In this document: positions 1 to 9,939 of the stretch, piece by piece
Layout: each line of letters starts with the position of its first letter
Numbering within the stretch: position 1 is the stretch's first letter
Assembly: GCA_937894115.1 (NCBI GenBank)
Contig: CALBFP010000303.1
Location: 1-59,110 of the forward strand
Length of the DNA stretch: 59,110 bases
Direction: 5' to 3'
Source: an uncultured euryarchaeote
GTDB lineage: Archaea > Thermoplasmatota > Poseidoniia > Poseidoniales > Poseidoniaceae
Position numbers and translations under genes: made by a program
The notes under the pieces: generated by a model
What the model was told of the DNA's origin: nothing
Databases searched by the model: none
Seen by the model: only the letters and a program-made list of their open reading frames with translations

Positions 1-492
1 GTTCGATCCGGTTTCGTTACCGGTTCCATAGGAACTGCCTCCGTTGCTGTTGGTTCCAGAGGCGCTTCCTCCGTTGCCGCCCGTTGATGTGTGTCCAGCG
101 CCGCCAGCGCCGTTTCCGATGTAATTTGTGGACATCTGAATTGAACCCCCGACACCGGCTGTGTTGGTTGGTTGGTCGTAGGCGATAATCGAGGCACCGC
201 TCATCACGGTGAGTGTGTTGACGTTGAGAATCAAATCACCAGTAGCGATGATGGAACCGCATGAAACAACGCCACAGCCAACATAGAGATTGTCGTACGA
301 ATGGGTTCCGTTGAGATAGGTCGTGCTGAGAACGGTAAGATTTGTTGTACCTGCATTTGGAGGTCCAGATTCGTTGATTGCATCATCCATGAGAAGCATT
401 GGTGTTGAGTGAGCAAATGGTAGAGAACACATCATCATTACACAAATGACAACGAGAATCGATTTGATTGGAGTACCCTGATGTTCCGTCAT
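1..492 (-). CDS. Secreted Gly/Asn/Ser/Thr-rich protein, N-terminal part only (ORF runs off the left edge)
   Basis: My own minus-strand translation from the ATG at 492-490 gives MTEHQGTPIKSILVVICVMMMCSLPFAHS (signal-like hydrophobic segment). It stays open to position 1 and ends in low-complexity NGAGGAGHTSTGGNGGSASGTNSNGGS. It is absent from the ORF track because no stop lies in the window. Confidence 0.55.
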   Translation of the reverse strand, partial: MTEHQGTPIKSILVVICVMMMCSLPFAHSTPMLLMDDAINESGPPNAGTTNLTVLSTTYLNGTHSYDNLYVGCGVVSCGSIIATGDLILNVNTLTVMSGASIIAYDQPTNTAGVGGSIQMSTNYIGNGAGGAGHTSTGGNGGSASGTNSNGGSSYGTGNETGSN

Positions 493-529
493 ATAGCGAA
501 CAAAGCGGACTTGCTTATGTAAGTCACCC

Positions 530-769
530 TCAAATGGCAGTTGGGGCAACATGGCCATCGTTTTTGTCATCGGGCTTACGAACTCGAGACCAAACCCCGT
601 TCATGAGGTTCTCATGGCATCCGCTGCAGTAATGGAAACGGCGGTACGCCTCACGGAAAGAGTAGGCTTTCTTTCCTGTTGCAACCAAATAACCCTCGGG
701 CGAAAGCCGTGAAACAATCTCACCGACCTCACCACATCCGGGAAAGTCGCACGAGGGTTTTTCGGTCAT
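530..769 (-). CDS. Small Cys-rich (putative zinc-binding) protein
   Basis: 79 aa with CDFPGC and CSGCH cysteine pairs. It lies last in the co-directional carboxylase gene string. No family was recognised. Confidence 0.4.
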   Translation of the reverse strand: MTEKPSCDFPGCGEVGEIVSRLSPEGYLVATGKKAYSFREAYRRFHYCSGCHENLMNGVWSRVRKPDDKNDGHVAPTAI

Positions 770-808
770 GGACGAACCTGAACTTCATACCTCTTGAACT
801 GTTGCCCG

Positions 809-1219
809 CTAATCCTCATCATCGGTTTGTTTTGGTTCAATAACAACAAGTGGAACGTTTGCTTCAATGGCTTGACCTTCCTCACATGCAACGGTAATCA
901 CTGTCCCATCGACGGGTGCCTGTATTTCGTTTTGCATTTTCATGGCTTCAAGAATGAGAATCACTTGACCTTCTTTGACAACATCACCTTCCGCAACTTC
1001 AACGGTGACGACTTTCCCAGGAATGTTGGCCGAGACCGTTCCAGATTTCTTTTTCTTGCCACCCGTCTTGCGACGTGCCCGGGGTGTTGCTTGAGCATTT
1101 GGAACTTCGATTGTAAACGTCTGGCCATCAACGGTCGTTTCATAGGACCCGTCATCATTGAGTTTTATCTCAACCTCAAACTCCTCGCCGTTGACTTTGA
1201 CTGTGCGTTTCTCTGTCAT
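809..1219 (-). CDS. Biotin carboxyl carrier protein / biotinyl-domain subunit
   Basis: 136 aa. The C-terminal biotinyl domain carries the EAMKMQNEI biotinylation motif, preceded by a Lys/Gly-rich linker. It sits downstream of the carboxyltransferase gene. Confidence 0.85.
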   Translation of the reverse strand: MTEKRTVKVNGEEFEVEIKLNDDGSYETTVDGQTFTIEVPNAQATPRARRKTGGKKKKSGTVSANIPGKVVTVEVAEGDVVKEGQVILILEAMKMQNEIQAPVDGTVITVACEEGQAIEANVPLVVIEPKQTDDED

Positions 1220-1223
1220 TGTT

Positions 1224-1409
1224 TCATCTCCAAGGGCTTCGATTGCTCCTATGATTCATGAGCGAAGACCGTCCTGTGTTCATCCTTCGATGATCTTGGG
1301 ACCATGCTTCACCACGTTGTCGTCCACGCTGCGATGTGTCATCTCCGCTTTCAAGAAGGCTAAGAACTGCAGCGATAGCTGCGATTCTTCGTGTTGCTTC
1401 ATCGCTCAT
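1224..1409 (-). CDS. Small accessory subunit candidate (acyl-CoA carboxylase epsilon-like)
   Basis: 61 aa, tightly packed between the carboxyltransferase and BCCP genes with gaps under 10 nt. The N-terminus MSDEATRRIAAIAAVLSLLE resembles small epsilon subunits. The call rests on context and weak similarity only. Confidence 0.3.
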   Translation of the reverse strand: MSDEATRRIAAIAAVLSLLESGDDTSQRGRQRGEAWSQDHRRMNTGRSSLMNHRSNRSPWR

Positions 1410-1418
1410 GTTTCTTCC

Positions 1419-2999
1419 TCATAGGGGTATGTTGCCGTGTTTCTTCGCTGGACGAATTTCCTCTTTCTCAAGCAGCATCAACAACGCTCGGGAAAGGCGT
1501 GATCGTGTCTCTTTCGGTTCGATAACATCATCGATGTATCCCATTGCTGCTGCTTTGTATGGGTTGGCAAATGTATCGGTGAAGTCTTGTACCAATCGCT
1601 CTCGTTCTTGTTCTTGGTTTCGTGCGTTTTTGATGCGTCGCCTGTGAATGATTTCGACGGCACCATCAGCACCCATGACCGCCAATTCAGCGCTTGGCCA
1701 AGCGACGTTGTAATCGCCACGAATGTGTTTTGACGACATCACGTCGTAGGCTCCACCGTAGGCTTTTCTGAGAATAACCGTCAGTTTGGGGACCGTCGCC
1801 TCTGCATACGCGTACAGTAATTTCGCTCCGTGACGGATGATACCCCCCCACTCTTGATTCGTACCAGGAAGGAATCCAGGAACGTCTTCAAGTGTCAGAA
1901 GGGGGATGTTGAAAGCGTCGCAGAACCGAACAAATCGTGCTGCCTTGTCACTTGCATCGATGTCCAAACAGCCTGCAAGAACCTTGGGTTGATTGGCAAC
2001 AACGCCGACAGTGTGTCCCGCAAGATGACCAAAACCACAAACAATGTTCATTGCATAATCTGCTTGAACTTCCAAAAAGCCTCCATCATCGAGGATTTCG
2101 CGAACAACGTCGGTAACGTCGTAAGGTTTGTTTGCATCTTGCGGAATGATGGTATCCAAAGCCTCACACATCCGTTCGGGAGAATCGGAGGTTTTCCTTA
2201 CAGGAGCACGGTCCATGTTGTTCGAAGGGAACATATCGCACAAATCTCGAGCCAATTGAATTGCTGCATCATCGCTGTCTGCCGTGAAATGAGATACACC
2301 GGATTTAGAAGCGTGGGTCATCGCACCTCCCAAGTCCTCAAAGGAGACAACTTCGTTTGTAACGGTCTTGATGACCTCTGGACCTGTAATGAACATGTGT
2401 GCGGTTTTGTCGACCATGATGACAAAATCGGTAATTGCAGGACTGTAGACTGCTCCACCCGCACAAGGGCCCATGATGACGCTGATTTGGGGTACAACGC
2501 CGGAAGCTCGAACGTTCCGGAAAAAGATTTCAGCATACGATCCCAATGATGCGACACCTTCCTGTATTCGTGCACCGCCTGAATCGTTGAGGCCGATGAC
2601 AGGACGTCCTGTTTTCAATGCCATGTCAAGGACCTTGCATATTTTGAGACCGTGCATTTCACCCAAGGACCCTCCATAGACGGTAAAGTCCTGTGCAAAT
2701 GCAAAGACTTCTCGACCGTTGATTTTTCCGTGGCCTGTAACCACACCATCACCTGGAATGACGTTCTTGTCCATATCAAAATCTCGACATCGATGCTCAA
2801 CAAGGGCATCGATCTCTTGGAATGTGCCCTCATCAAGCAACATGTCCAAACGTTCCCTAGCCGTCATTTTTCCTCGATTGTGTTGAGCATCAATTCTTGC
2901 TTGACCTCCACCAGCTTCACTTCGAGACTTTCTGGCACGTAAGTCGTTCAGACGTTGTTCTGTGGAGGACATCCTTCTCACCGACTGTTGGTTGGGCAT
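1419..2999 (-). CDS. pccB: Propionyl-CoA carboxylase beta chain / methylmalonyl-CoA carboxyltransferase (12S type)
   Basis: 526 aa. It has two carboxyltransferase half-domains with characteristic stretches [24 protein letters not shown] and [11 protein letters not shown]. Confidence 0.93.
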   Translation of the reverse strand: MPNQQSVRRMSSTEQRLNDLRARKSRSEAGGGQARIDAQHNRGKMTARERLDMLLDEGTFQEIDALVEHRCRDFDMDKNVIPGDGVVTGHGKINGREVFAFAQDFTVYGGSLGEMHGLKICKVLDMALKTGRPVIGLNDSGGARIQEGVASLGSYAEIFFRNVRASGVVPQISVIMGPCAGGAVYSPAITDFVIMVDKTAHMFITGPEVIKTVTNEVVSFEDLGGAMTHASKSGVSHFTADSDDAAIQLARDLCDMFPSNNMDRAPVRKTSDSPERMCEALDTIIPQDANKPYDVTDVVREILDDGGFLEVQADYAMNIVCGFGHLAGHTVGVVANQPKVLAGCLDIDASDKAARFVRFCDAFNIPLLTLEDVPGFLPGTNQEWGGIIRHGAKLLYAYAEATVPKLTVILRKAYGGAYDVMSSKHIRGDYNVAWPSAELAVMGADGAVEIIHRRRIKNARNQEQERERLVQDFTDTFANPYKAAAMGYIDDVIEPKETRSRLSRALLMLLEKEEIRPAKKHGNIPL

Positions 3000-3038
3000 A
3001 ACGCTCTTATTCGTTGCCCTTCAATACGTCACAACACA

Positions 3039-4673
3039 TCATCCTTCAGAGGCACGGAAATGTACCATTTCCCAATCGTCCTTACCTGCAGGTGGGTCGA
3101 CCCAATCGGCATCACCGGGTAAAAGCAAGTCGTCTCCAATCGAAGCCATCTCCATGGCCAAGGATTGATGAGCCCTCGTAAGCGCTTCCCACTCAATTTG
3201 GCCGCTGCGTAATTTGAACCACAGCCGTAGATTTTTCCACGATTTGCTCAACCGTTGGTACAACTTGAGATGCAAACGAGCGGAAATAGGCCACCAGATG
3301 ACCAAAATGATGGAAACAAGTGGCCACGGAATTGCTGCAAGCACGGGCAAAATGAGGCCGGGCAGGTTGAAGTCTTGAAGGGGTGAGGACGCCGATGCGA
3401 TGAACCAACCAAGACCTATCGCACAGATGCTCCACCAAAGGGGGTACAGAGCAACAGAATAGAGAAGTTTCATCGATCCAATTCCCGCTTTATTGTCCTC
3501 ATGTCTTGATTTGATCCGAACAAGGTAACGAACGAAGAGATAGGGCACCCCCGTTGCAATCATCGCCGACCATGTGACAAAACCAAGCATCCATGAAGCA
3601 GACCAAATCCATAACGCGAGATTTTTCACGAAGGATGACTTGGAAATCTTTCTTTTTCTGTCCTTTAGTTCCCATGAGCGTAGTTGGATTCGTTCCATTT
3701 CGTGGTGGTGCTTCTTGAAGCGTTCTTCAATTTGCTTGGTCCGCTTGGAATCATTTACCGATAGATATTGCCATGCAGCGCGAACGCGTCTCGAACCCAA
3801 AACGGCCTCTTTGTATTCGATTTTCGATACCTTTTCACCGCTTCGTATGGTGTGAATCATCCTTCTTGCCCGCCAGACCAGCTCTCGATCTTCCCAAGAT
3901 TCTTGAGCATGACTGGTTCGGTTGATTTCCGTTTGAAGTAAGGAGGTGACGTTCTGACACCATGCACGATCGTGCGCATCTTCACCGAATTGCTGCAGTT
4001 GCTCTTCCGTGGGTTTTGGCGCTCCCTCTTCACCGGGAAGTGGTGGTGTTTCCATCGGGCGATTGATTTGCAAACTGACGCGTTCGCGAAAGGAATGTTG
4101 GTCGCTGTAATGCAGACCCAATGGAACGATGTGTGGTGTGGGTTTTCCAAGCTCGAATGCTCTTCGATGTGCTTTGAGAAAAATCCGGGCCGCACCGGTC
4201 TTCATTTCAACAGCATGGGATTCAGTGTGACTCATCCCCTCGGGGAATATGGCGATTCGCTCACCACATGCGACGCGTTCGGCGAGTGTCTCGATAAGTT
4301 TTGAATTCGCTGTTTTTCGCTCTTGAGGTGTTGCATCACCGTCTTGATGGCGTTGGACTGGCTGAACGTTCATCCATTTCATAATACGAGATAAGATTGG
4401 AATTTTGAACAGGGTGGATTTTGCAGCAAACGTAAGTCCACCAGGCAATGCTGCCATCATGAGCATCGGGTCGACAAGTCCCCCCGGGTGCCAAGCAGTG
4501 TAGATGATTCCCCCGTTTTCTGGTACCGTGTCCACGTCGACAGTTGAAATTTCACGAAACCACGTTTCCATTATTGCTCGATTCACTTTCCGAATTCGCA
4601 AATACCCTTTGCTAGGTTGGAGATTGGGGGGGTCCTTCTCCCAAGCCATGATGCTCCAAAGAGGGTTCCGCAT
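3039..4673 (-). CDS. PlsC-family acyltransferase with a C-terminal multi-helix membrane domain
   Basis: 544 aa. The N-terminal half has the HX4D motif (WHPGGLVDP) and the FPEG motif (IAIFPEGMSH). The C-terminal ~200 aa contain several hydrophobic helices. The start may be Met9 at 4649, which would put the GATATCAAAT box about 29 nt upstream. Confidence 0.75.
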   Translation of the reverse strand: MRNPLWSIMAWEKDPPNLQPSKGYLRIRKVNRAIMETWFREISTVDVDTVPENGGIIYTAWHPGGLVDPMLMMAALPGGLTFAAKSTLFKIPILSRIMKWMNVQPVQRHQDGDATPQERKTANSKLIETLAERVACGERIAIFPEGMSHTESHAVEMKTGAARIFLKAHRRAFELGKPTPHIVPLGLHYSDQHSFRERVSLQINRPMETPPLPGEEGAPKPTEEQLQQFGEDAHDRAWCQNVTSLLQTEINRTSHAQESWEDRELVWRARRMIHTIRSGEKVSKIEYKEAVLGSRRVRAAWQYLSVNDSKRTKQIEERFKKHHHEMERIQLRSWELKDRKRKISKSSFVKNLALWIWSASWMLGFVTWSAMIATGVPYLFVRYLVRIKSRHEDNKAGIGSMKLLYSVALYPLWWSICAIGLGWFIASASSPLQDFNLPGLILPVLAAIPWPLVSIILVIWWPISARLHLKLYQRLSKSWKNLRLWFKLRSGQIEWEALTRAHQSLAMEMASIGDDLLLPGDADWVDPPAGKDDWEMVHFRASEG

Positions 4674-4721
4674 TTGATATCATCCCCGAATCGTTGAGTG
4701 ATGAAAAGAAATCAACGACTC

Positions 4722-4729
4722 TTTGATAA
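4722..4729 (+). promoter_or_regulatory. TATA-like box (TTTGATAA) about 27 nt upstream of the ATG at 4752
   Basis: The spacing fits an archaeal leaderless promoter. This supports 4752 rather than 4698 as the mutase-subunit start. Confidence 0.3.
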
Positions 4730-4751
4730 CCAACGTTCAACTCCTCGCGCC

Positions 4752-5204
4752 ATGGACCAGCCACTGCGCATTGTCATCGCAAAACCGGGACTGGATGGAC
4801 ACGATCGTGGCGCAAAGGTCGTCGCACGTGCGCTTCGCGATGCCGGACATGAAGTCATTTACACGGGACTGCGACGAACACCTGAGCAAATTATTGAAAC
4901 GGTTCGAGATGAGGACGCCGTGCTTTTGGGTCTCTCTTCGCTTTCTGGTGCACATGGGCATCTTTTCCCTCGCATTTGTGAAACGCTTCGGGAGCATGGC
5001 ATGGATGACGTCATTGTTTTTGGTGGAGGCATCATACCGGAAGACGATCGACCGCCATTGTTTGCGGCAGGTGTCCGAGCGCTGTTTGGCCCTGGAACAA
5101 CATCGCAAGAGATGGTTGAATTCATTGCAACCGCCACTCAAAGAGACGACGCTGGTGTTGGCCATGGTGAAGGCTGGTACTGGAACCCGTCCGAATCAAG
5201 GTGA
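4752..5204 (+). CDS. Methylmalonyl-CoA mutase, small B12-binding subunit
   Basis: Contains [34 protein letters not shown] with the DxHxxG cobalamin-binding motif. The ORF track starts at 4698, but the internal Met (MDQPLRIV) matches the usual N-terminus and leaves a promoter gap. Confidence 0.9.
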   Translation: MDQPLRIVIAKPGLDGHDRGAKVVARALRDAGHEVIYTGLRRTPEQIIETVRDEDAVLLGLSSLSGAHGHLFPRICETLREHGMDDVIVFGGGIIPEDDRPPLFAAGVRALFGPGTTSQEMVEFIATATQRDDAGVGHGEGWYWNPSESR

Positions 5205-6090
5205 GAATTTGAACGATCGAATCGATGCTGCGAAATCAGGTGATCGACGCGCACTTGCTCGCCTTCTCTCATCGATTGAGAACGGTGAGGTTCGATTTCC
5301 TGAATCGCAGCACGATGTTTCCGATTGGAAAATTCTTGCACTGACAGGTCCTCCTGGTGTTGGGAAATCGTGTCTTCTCGACCGTTTCTTGCACGAATGG
5401 GTCGAAAGCGGAATTCGCGTTGCCGTGCTTGCTGTTGACCCTTCATCGCCTCGTTCTGGAGGTGCTCTTCTCGGTGACCGAGTGCGTATGAGCATCGTCG
5501 ACGACGAGAACAAGAAGCACATGGTGTACGTCCGCTCTGTCGCTACACGAAGAACCAGTGGTTCGGTACCACTGGTGGTTCGAGACATGGCGTTTTGCTT
5601 GCTTGAGGTTGGATGGGATAAAGTGGTGATTGAGACGGTTGGCGCTGGACAGTCCGAAGTTCGTTGTGCAGCGGTCGCAGATCGTATTGTCCTGATTGAA
5701 GGTCCTGCACGAGGAGACGGGATTCAAGCGGAGAAGGCTGGATTGTTGGAACTTGCAGACGCTGTAATCGTAAACAAATCCGATCTTGATGGGGCTGAAC
5801 GCCATGCCAACGAATTGCGTGAATCGTTGCAACTTGGTCACGATGAAGCTCCTGAGGTTCGTTTAGTGAGTGCTCTCCATGGGACTGGTGTTGCTGAAAC
5901 TTCAACAAAACTGCTCGCACTCAAGCAATCGGCTCGTGCTGCCCGAGCGCGTTGGCGCGAACGTTTTCTTTCTCACCACGAACGGTTGCTTCTTGATCAC
6001 CCAAAATTCGACACTGTCTTGTCAAATGTCGAGGAAGGGTTGATGTCCTTTGAGGAAGCATACGCCCAACTAAGGGATGAGCATGAGTGA
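5164..6090 (+). CDS. meaB: MeaB/ArgK-type G-protein chaperone for methylmalonyl-CoA mutase
   Basis: Has [18 protein letters not shown]-loop GPPGVGKS and NKSD (VNKSDL). The 455-aa track ORF (4723..) is frame read-through across the mutase gene. The ATG at 5164 overlaps the mutase stop by 41 nt, and the TTG at 5209 is an alternative start. Confidence 0.85.
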   Translation: MVKAGTGTRPNQGENLNDRIDAAKSGDRRALARLLSSIENGEVRFPESQHDVSDWKILALTGPPGVGKSCLLDRFLHEWVESGIRVAVLAVDPSSPRSGGALLGDRVRMSIVDDENKKHMVYVRSVATRRTSGSVPLVVRDMAFCLLEVGWDKVVIETVGAGQSEVRCAAVADRIVLIEGPARGDGIQAEKAGLLELADAVIVNKSDLDGAERHANELRESLQLGHDEAPEVRLVSALHGTGVAETSTKLLALKQSARAARARWRERFLSHHERLLLDHPKFDTVLSNVEEGLMSFEEAYAQLRDEHE

Positions 6091-6706
6091 TCAAGTCGAA
6101 TTAACCAACCCGGTCGAATTGTCCGTAGGAGGCTTATCGGGTCACCTTTTGCGACGTGGCATTCACCTTGCAATGTCCTTGCTTCCATTTTTGTACTTCG
6201 AGTTCGGTGAAAACGTAGCCGATTGGTTCTCTCTCGATCTTGACCAAGTTGTTTCGGCCGTAATTCTGATTGCAGTCGCCGGAGAAACACTACGTTTGCG
6301 CATGGGGTGGACCATTGTAGGTCAACGTTCGTATGAAGCAAAACAAGTCTCTGCACTTGCATGGGGGGCATTGGGCGTAGGAATGGTGTTTCTTCTTGCT
6401 CCAGATGAGGCTTATGCATATCCATTGATTCTGAGCCTTTCCTTGGGTGACCCGTTGCTTGGAGAATTGAGGCGAAAAGGCGTGTCAACAAAAACAGTCA
6501 TACTGGCTGGGACCGTTGGAATCGCTGCCATCTGGGCGTTCTGTGCGTATTCGTTTGCAACTCCTTGGTTGCTCGTGCCTCTGATGGCACCGATTTGTGT
6601 TGCTGCAGAGTGGCCGCGTTTGCGCTACATTGACGACAATGCCACGATGTTGTTGATCCCGTTGACCGTCGTTCTTGTCTTGAATCCGTTTTTGGGTGTT
6701 ATTTGA
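6077..6706 (+). CDS. Polytopic membrane protein, dolichol/phytol kinase or CDP-alcohol cytidylyltransferase-like
   Basis: 209 aa with about 6 hydrophobic helices. RRGIHLAMSLLP and LGDPLLGELRRKG resemble CTP-dependent polyprenol kinase / CdsA-superfamily motifs. The similarity is weak. Confidence 0.4.
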   Translation: MSMSDQVELTNPVELSVGGLSGHLLRRGIHLAMSLLPFLYFEFGENVADWFSLDLDQVVSAVILIAVAGETLRLRMGWTIVGQRSYEAKQVSALAWGALGVGMVFLLAPDEAYAYPLILSLSLGDPLLGELRRKGVSTKTVILAGTVGIAAIWAFCAYSFATPWLLVPLMAPICVAAEWPRLRYIDDNATMLLIPLTVVLVLNPFLGVI

Positions 6707-6893
6707 GACGATTTGGCCGCCATATTTTAGAATCAATTGATGTAGGGTAATTTGGGAGCGCTTATGTACGGTGACGACGAAACGAAAGAACCCCCGCAGT
6801 CCGTGTACTACACATTCTTTGGCATTGCAGTAATACTACTCGCCGTTACGGCTTTCAAGTATCCGCTTTGGTAATTTTATGCAAAAGCAACTG

Positions 6894-6900
6894 TATATAT
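6894..6900 (+). promoter_or_regulatory. TATA box (TATATAT) about 27 nt upstream of the asnB ATG
   Basis: It is the only AT-rich heptamer in the 217-nt intergenic region. No SD lies before the ATG at 6924, which is consistent with a leaderless transcript. Confidence 0.35.
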
Positions 6901-6923
6901 CCAACAGCCCGTGTATCTGATTC

Positions 6924-8702
6924 ATGTGTGGGCTTTCTGGCATGCTTGGTTCCCCCGATCCAAGCGTTGTCAACAAGATGGTTTCTTTACAACATCATCG
7001 CGGTCCAGACGGTTCTGGGCTGTGGCACGACCCAGAGGTCTGTCTTGGACACGTGCGGCTTGCAATCGTCGATTTGGAGGGCAGTCCTCAGCCCATCCAG
7101 TCGCAAGAGGGAAACGTATTGATTGCCAATGGGGAAATATACAATTTTGAATCCATACGCTCCTCATTGTCAGGTTACTCATGGACAACCTTTGGCGACA
7201 GTGAAACAATTCTAGCATTGTTTGAGAAAACAAGTCTAGGCAATCAAAATGCCTCAGCAAAAGATCACGGAGCGTGGATTCAGCAACTGGATGGAATGTT
7301 CGCTTTTGCATTATGGAATCCAGTGAACCATCAGTTGATTTTGGCGAGGGATGAAATGGGTATCAAACCCTTGATTCGAACACGAGTGGGAGATTCATTG
7401 CTCTTTTCAAGCGAAGTCAAAGCGCTGCGCGCACACCCTGCGTACAAGCCTCAACTGGACGAATGTGCGTTGATGGCCCGTCTCGTGTGGGAGTACCCTC
7501 TTGATGCAACAACGTTGTTCGCCGACGTCCATCAGGTACGGCCCGGAACGGTTGAGGTATGGTCGTTGGAAGAAGGGGTGCCCGTTCTTGTCGATTCACA
7601 TCGATTTTCGAACCCGAGAATCGAACCAGTTGCTGCATACAACGAATCTCTTGGAGCACAACGATTGCTTGATGGCTTCATCGATAGTGTTGGACAGCGA
7701 CTGATGTCCGATGTCCCTGTTGGAATCGTCCTTTCAGGTGGTCTTGATTCCTCGTTGGTCGCCGCTGTTGCCAACGATGCAGCACAGCGCTACGACCGAC
7801 CAACACCCGAATGCTGGACGGTCGCCGAAAGCGAGGACAATCCGGATTGGGTTGCCGCTGAATTGGTGGCCTCTTCGTTGGATTTGAACCATCACCAATC
7901 CATCATGGAAAGCGACTCGTTCGCAAAGCACTTGCCGATGTTGTCATGGCATGGAGAGGACCTCGATGTCTCTGTGTTGTTCTTCCAACCGTTGTTCAAA
8001 ACGATGGCTCAATCGGTTCGTGTTGGATTGTGTGGTCAAGGTGCTGACGAAATTCATGCTGGTTATCCTCGGTATTCCAATTTGGAATCTCACAGAGGTG
8101 AACTTAGGAAACGCATTCAAATGTTGAATCATCAATTCACTAAAACGTTCGATTCAGGTGCATTGGATGTCAACGATGGAGGTTGGTGGGAGGCGGATCA
8201 TCGGCCGGAAAAGCATCTGCAATCCTTGCAGTCAACCTTGCAATTCGAATTGGACCATGGACAACTGAGCAATTTTCAACTTCGCCTTGTTGATCGACAT
8301 TCAATGGCGCATTCGTTGGAGGTACGCGTACCGTTTTTGGGGCGTTCACATCGAAAGGATGCACTTCAACTTCCAATGAATCAACGCTTACCTGAAAGCG
8401 GTCTTGAGAAGAAAGCACTTCGTCAAGCGGCCTCTTTAACTTCGTTACCGACCAGTGTTGTTGAGCGCAAGAAACTCCCTGCTGGAACAGCGACATCACC
8501 GACCTTGCTAAGCGATTGTTTGAATGAATACAGACCGCATATCGAAACGATTGCTTCACGATGGAAGTTCTGTGAACCGCTTTTGAAACATCAACCCGAG
8601 CTCGCCCTCGGCCTCGGCTTGTTTGAGGCAATTCACCTGACGGGTGACCAACAACCTCGATACAATCGATCGATTGATGCATTGCTAGCGGAGGTGATTT
8701 AA
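6924..8702 (+). CDS. asnB: Asparagine synthetase (glutamine-hydrolysing) family amidotransferase
   Basis: 592 aa. It has N-terminal MCG (Cys2 Ntn nucleophile), HRGPDG and the SGGLDSS PP-loop. Confidence 0.9.
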   Translation: MCGLSGMLGSPDPSVVNKMVSLQHHRGPDGSGLWHDPEVCLGHVRLAIVDLEGSPQPIQSQEGNVLIANGEIYNFESIRSSLSGYSWTTFGDSETILALFEKTSLGNQNASAKDHGAWIQQLDGMFAFALWNPVNHQLILARDEMGIKPLIRTRVGDSLLFSSEVKALRAHPAYKPQLDECALMARLVWEYPLDATTLFADVHQVRPGTVEVWSLEEGVPVLVDSHRFSNPRIEPVAAYNESLGAQRLLDGFIDSVGQRLMSDVPVGIVLSGGLDSSLVAAVANDAAQRYDRPTPECWTVAESEDNPDWVAAELVASSLDLNHHQSIMESDSFAKHLPMLSWHGEDLDVSVLFFQPLFKTMAQSVRVGLCGQGADEIHAGYPRYSNLESHRGELRKRIQMLNHQFTKTFDSGALDVNDGGWWEADHRPEKHLQSLQSTLQFELDHGQLSNFQLRLVDRHSMAHSLEVRVPFLGRSHRKDALQLPMNQRLPESGLEKKALRQAASLTSLPTSVVERKKLPAGTATSPTLLSDCLNEYRPHIETIASRWKFCEPLLKHQPELALGLGLFEAIHLTGDQQPRYNRSIDALLAEVI

Positions 8703-9898
8703 TGTCCTATGTCCATGAGTTGAGCGATGTTCTTGAAGAAAAGCGGGATGAAATTATCGCATGGATGGCAAATAAGCGATCAGAGATTGAGGTTCCGATT
8801 TACGGAAGCGTGGACATTCGCGATGCAGGTTGGAAAATCGCAGTAGTGGATGCCAATCAATTTCCGGCAGGCTTTAACAACACATCTGAGTCGGATATCC
8901 CTCAGCTAACAGAGCGCATTTCTGCCCATATCGAACGTCATAAACCGGGTTGTGAATGGGTTCACATATACCCTGAATCGCATACAAGGAACCAGGGATA
9001 TGTTGAGAATCTGCGGGCTTTGTTCAACTTGGTTGAACGGGCAGGATACCGTTGCACAATCGGCAATCCTGAACTCGATGGTCTTGGCAGTTTAAACGGG
9101 ATTCATGGGCCATTGCCTCTGCATCAGGTTGATGTGATCGATGGCATTCTCAAAGTCCAAGGTCAACAACCAGATTTTATTCTTCTTAACAACGATTTGA
9201 CGGACGGCGGGCTTGAAGGTTTGAATGCTGCAAGTGTGCTCCCAAGTCCGCAAATGGGCTGGCACAAACGCAAAAAATCTCACCACTTTGATTTCCTTAG
9301 ACCTCTTGTAGAAGAAATTAGTGAGATCATAGGTATCGATTCATGGCACCTAATCTGCGATTCTTTTGTTTCTGAGGAGAAGTGTCTCGAAAAAGAGAAT
9401 TGTCGGATACAATTAGCAAGTGATGTCGATGTTTTCCTCGCCCGGCTCGCTCAACGCTATGCTTCATTGGGAATCGATCGGGAACCCGTCGCCTACATCA
9501 AAAACAACCGTGGCACATACGGACTAGGCATCATGACCGTTACAAGTGGTGAGGAATTGTTGAATTTATCGAACCGCAAGATGAAGAAACTCATGTATGG
9601 CAAAGGGACGTCAGATACTGAGGATTTCTTGATTCAGGAAGGTGTTCCAACTCTGATGAAAACACAAGCTGGTGCACCCGTTGAACCTGTTGTGTATCTC
9701 GTAGACGGTGATGCATCTTCTTGGTTCTACAGAATCAACCCCAAAAAGGATGAGATTGGGAATCTTAACTCACCAAGCGCACGTTTCGTTACATCGGAAG
9801 AAGATCGCTCCTACATGACCCATGCGCACAATTGGCACGCACTGTTATCGGAACTGTCGATGTTGGCCATGGGTCTCGAATATGCCGCACTTCGCTAA
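8702..9898 (+). CDS. GshA-type (Acidithiobacillus-type) glutamate-cysteine ligase family protein
   Basis: 398 aa. PIYGSVDIRDAGWKIAVVDANQFPAGFNN and YPESHTRNQGY closely resemble my recollection of the conserved N-terminal block of this ligase family ([26 protein letters not shown]). The start overlaps the asnB stop (TAATG). Confidence 0.6.
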   Translation: MSYVHELSDVLEEKRDEIIAWMANKRSEIEVPIYGSVDIRDAGWKIAVVDANQFPAGFNNTSESDIPQLTERISAHIERHKPGCEWVHIYPESHTRNQGYVENLRALFNLVERAGYRCTIGNPELDGLGSLNGIHGPLPLHQVDVIDGILKVQGQQPDFILLNNDLTDGGLEGLNAASVLPSPQMGWHKRKKSHHFDFLRPLVEEISEIIGIDSWHLICDSFVSEEKCLEKENCRIQLASDVDVFLARLAQRYASLGIDREPVAYIKNNRGTYGLGIMTVTSGEELLNLSNRKMKKLMYGKGTSDTEDFLIQEGVPTLMKTQAGAPVEPVVYLVDGDASSWFYRINPKKDEIGNLNSPSARFVTSEEDRSYMTHAHNWHALLSELSMLAMGLEYAALR

Positions 9899-9939
9899 CA
9901 AGAAGTGGTTCATTTAAACAACAAACCCTTAGCGGGTTC

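Noticed and set aside
794-1261. 155-aa plus-strand ORF, with similar antisense ORFs across pccB, the rpo genes and others
   Set aside because: It is the mirror frame of strongly supported genes (here the BCCP with its AMKM motif). It is Cys/Phe-rich with no motif. I applied the same logic to the many 60-180-aa shadow ORFs in the track.
4723-5163. N-terminal 147 codons of the 455-aa track ORF, overlapping the mutase B12-subunit gene in another frame
   Set aside because: The sequence has no MeaB similarity and looks like frame read-through. MeaB-like sequence begins only after the ATG at 5164.
6764-6874. 36-aa ORF (MYGDDETKEPPQSVYYTFFGIAVILLAVTAFKYPLW) with one hydrophobic helix in the asnB upstream region
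   Set aside because: It is below any length at which I can support coding from sequence alone. It has no SD or clear promoter. It might be a real micro-membrane protein, but the evidence is insufficient.
9832-9939. Upstream extension of the membrane-protein ORF overlapping the gshA-type gene end
   Set aside because: The extension is hydrophilic and overlaps the preceding gene by 67 nt. The internal ATG at 9940 starts directly at the first TM helix.
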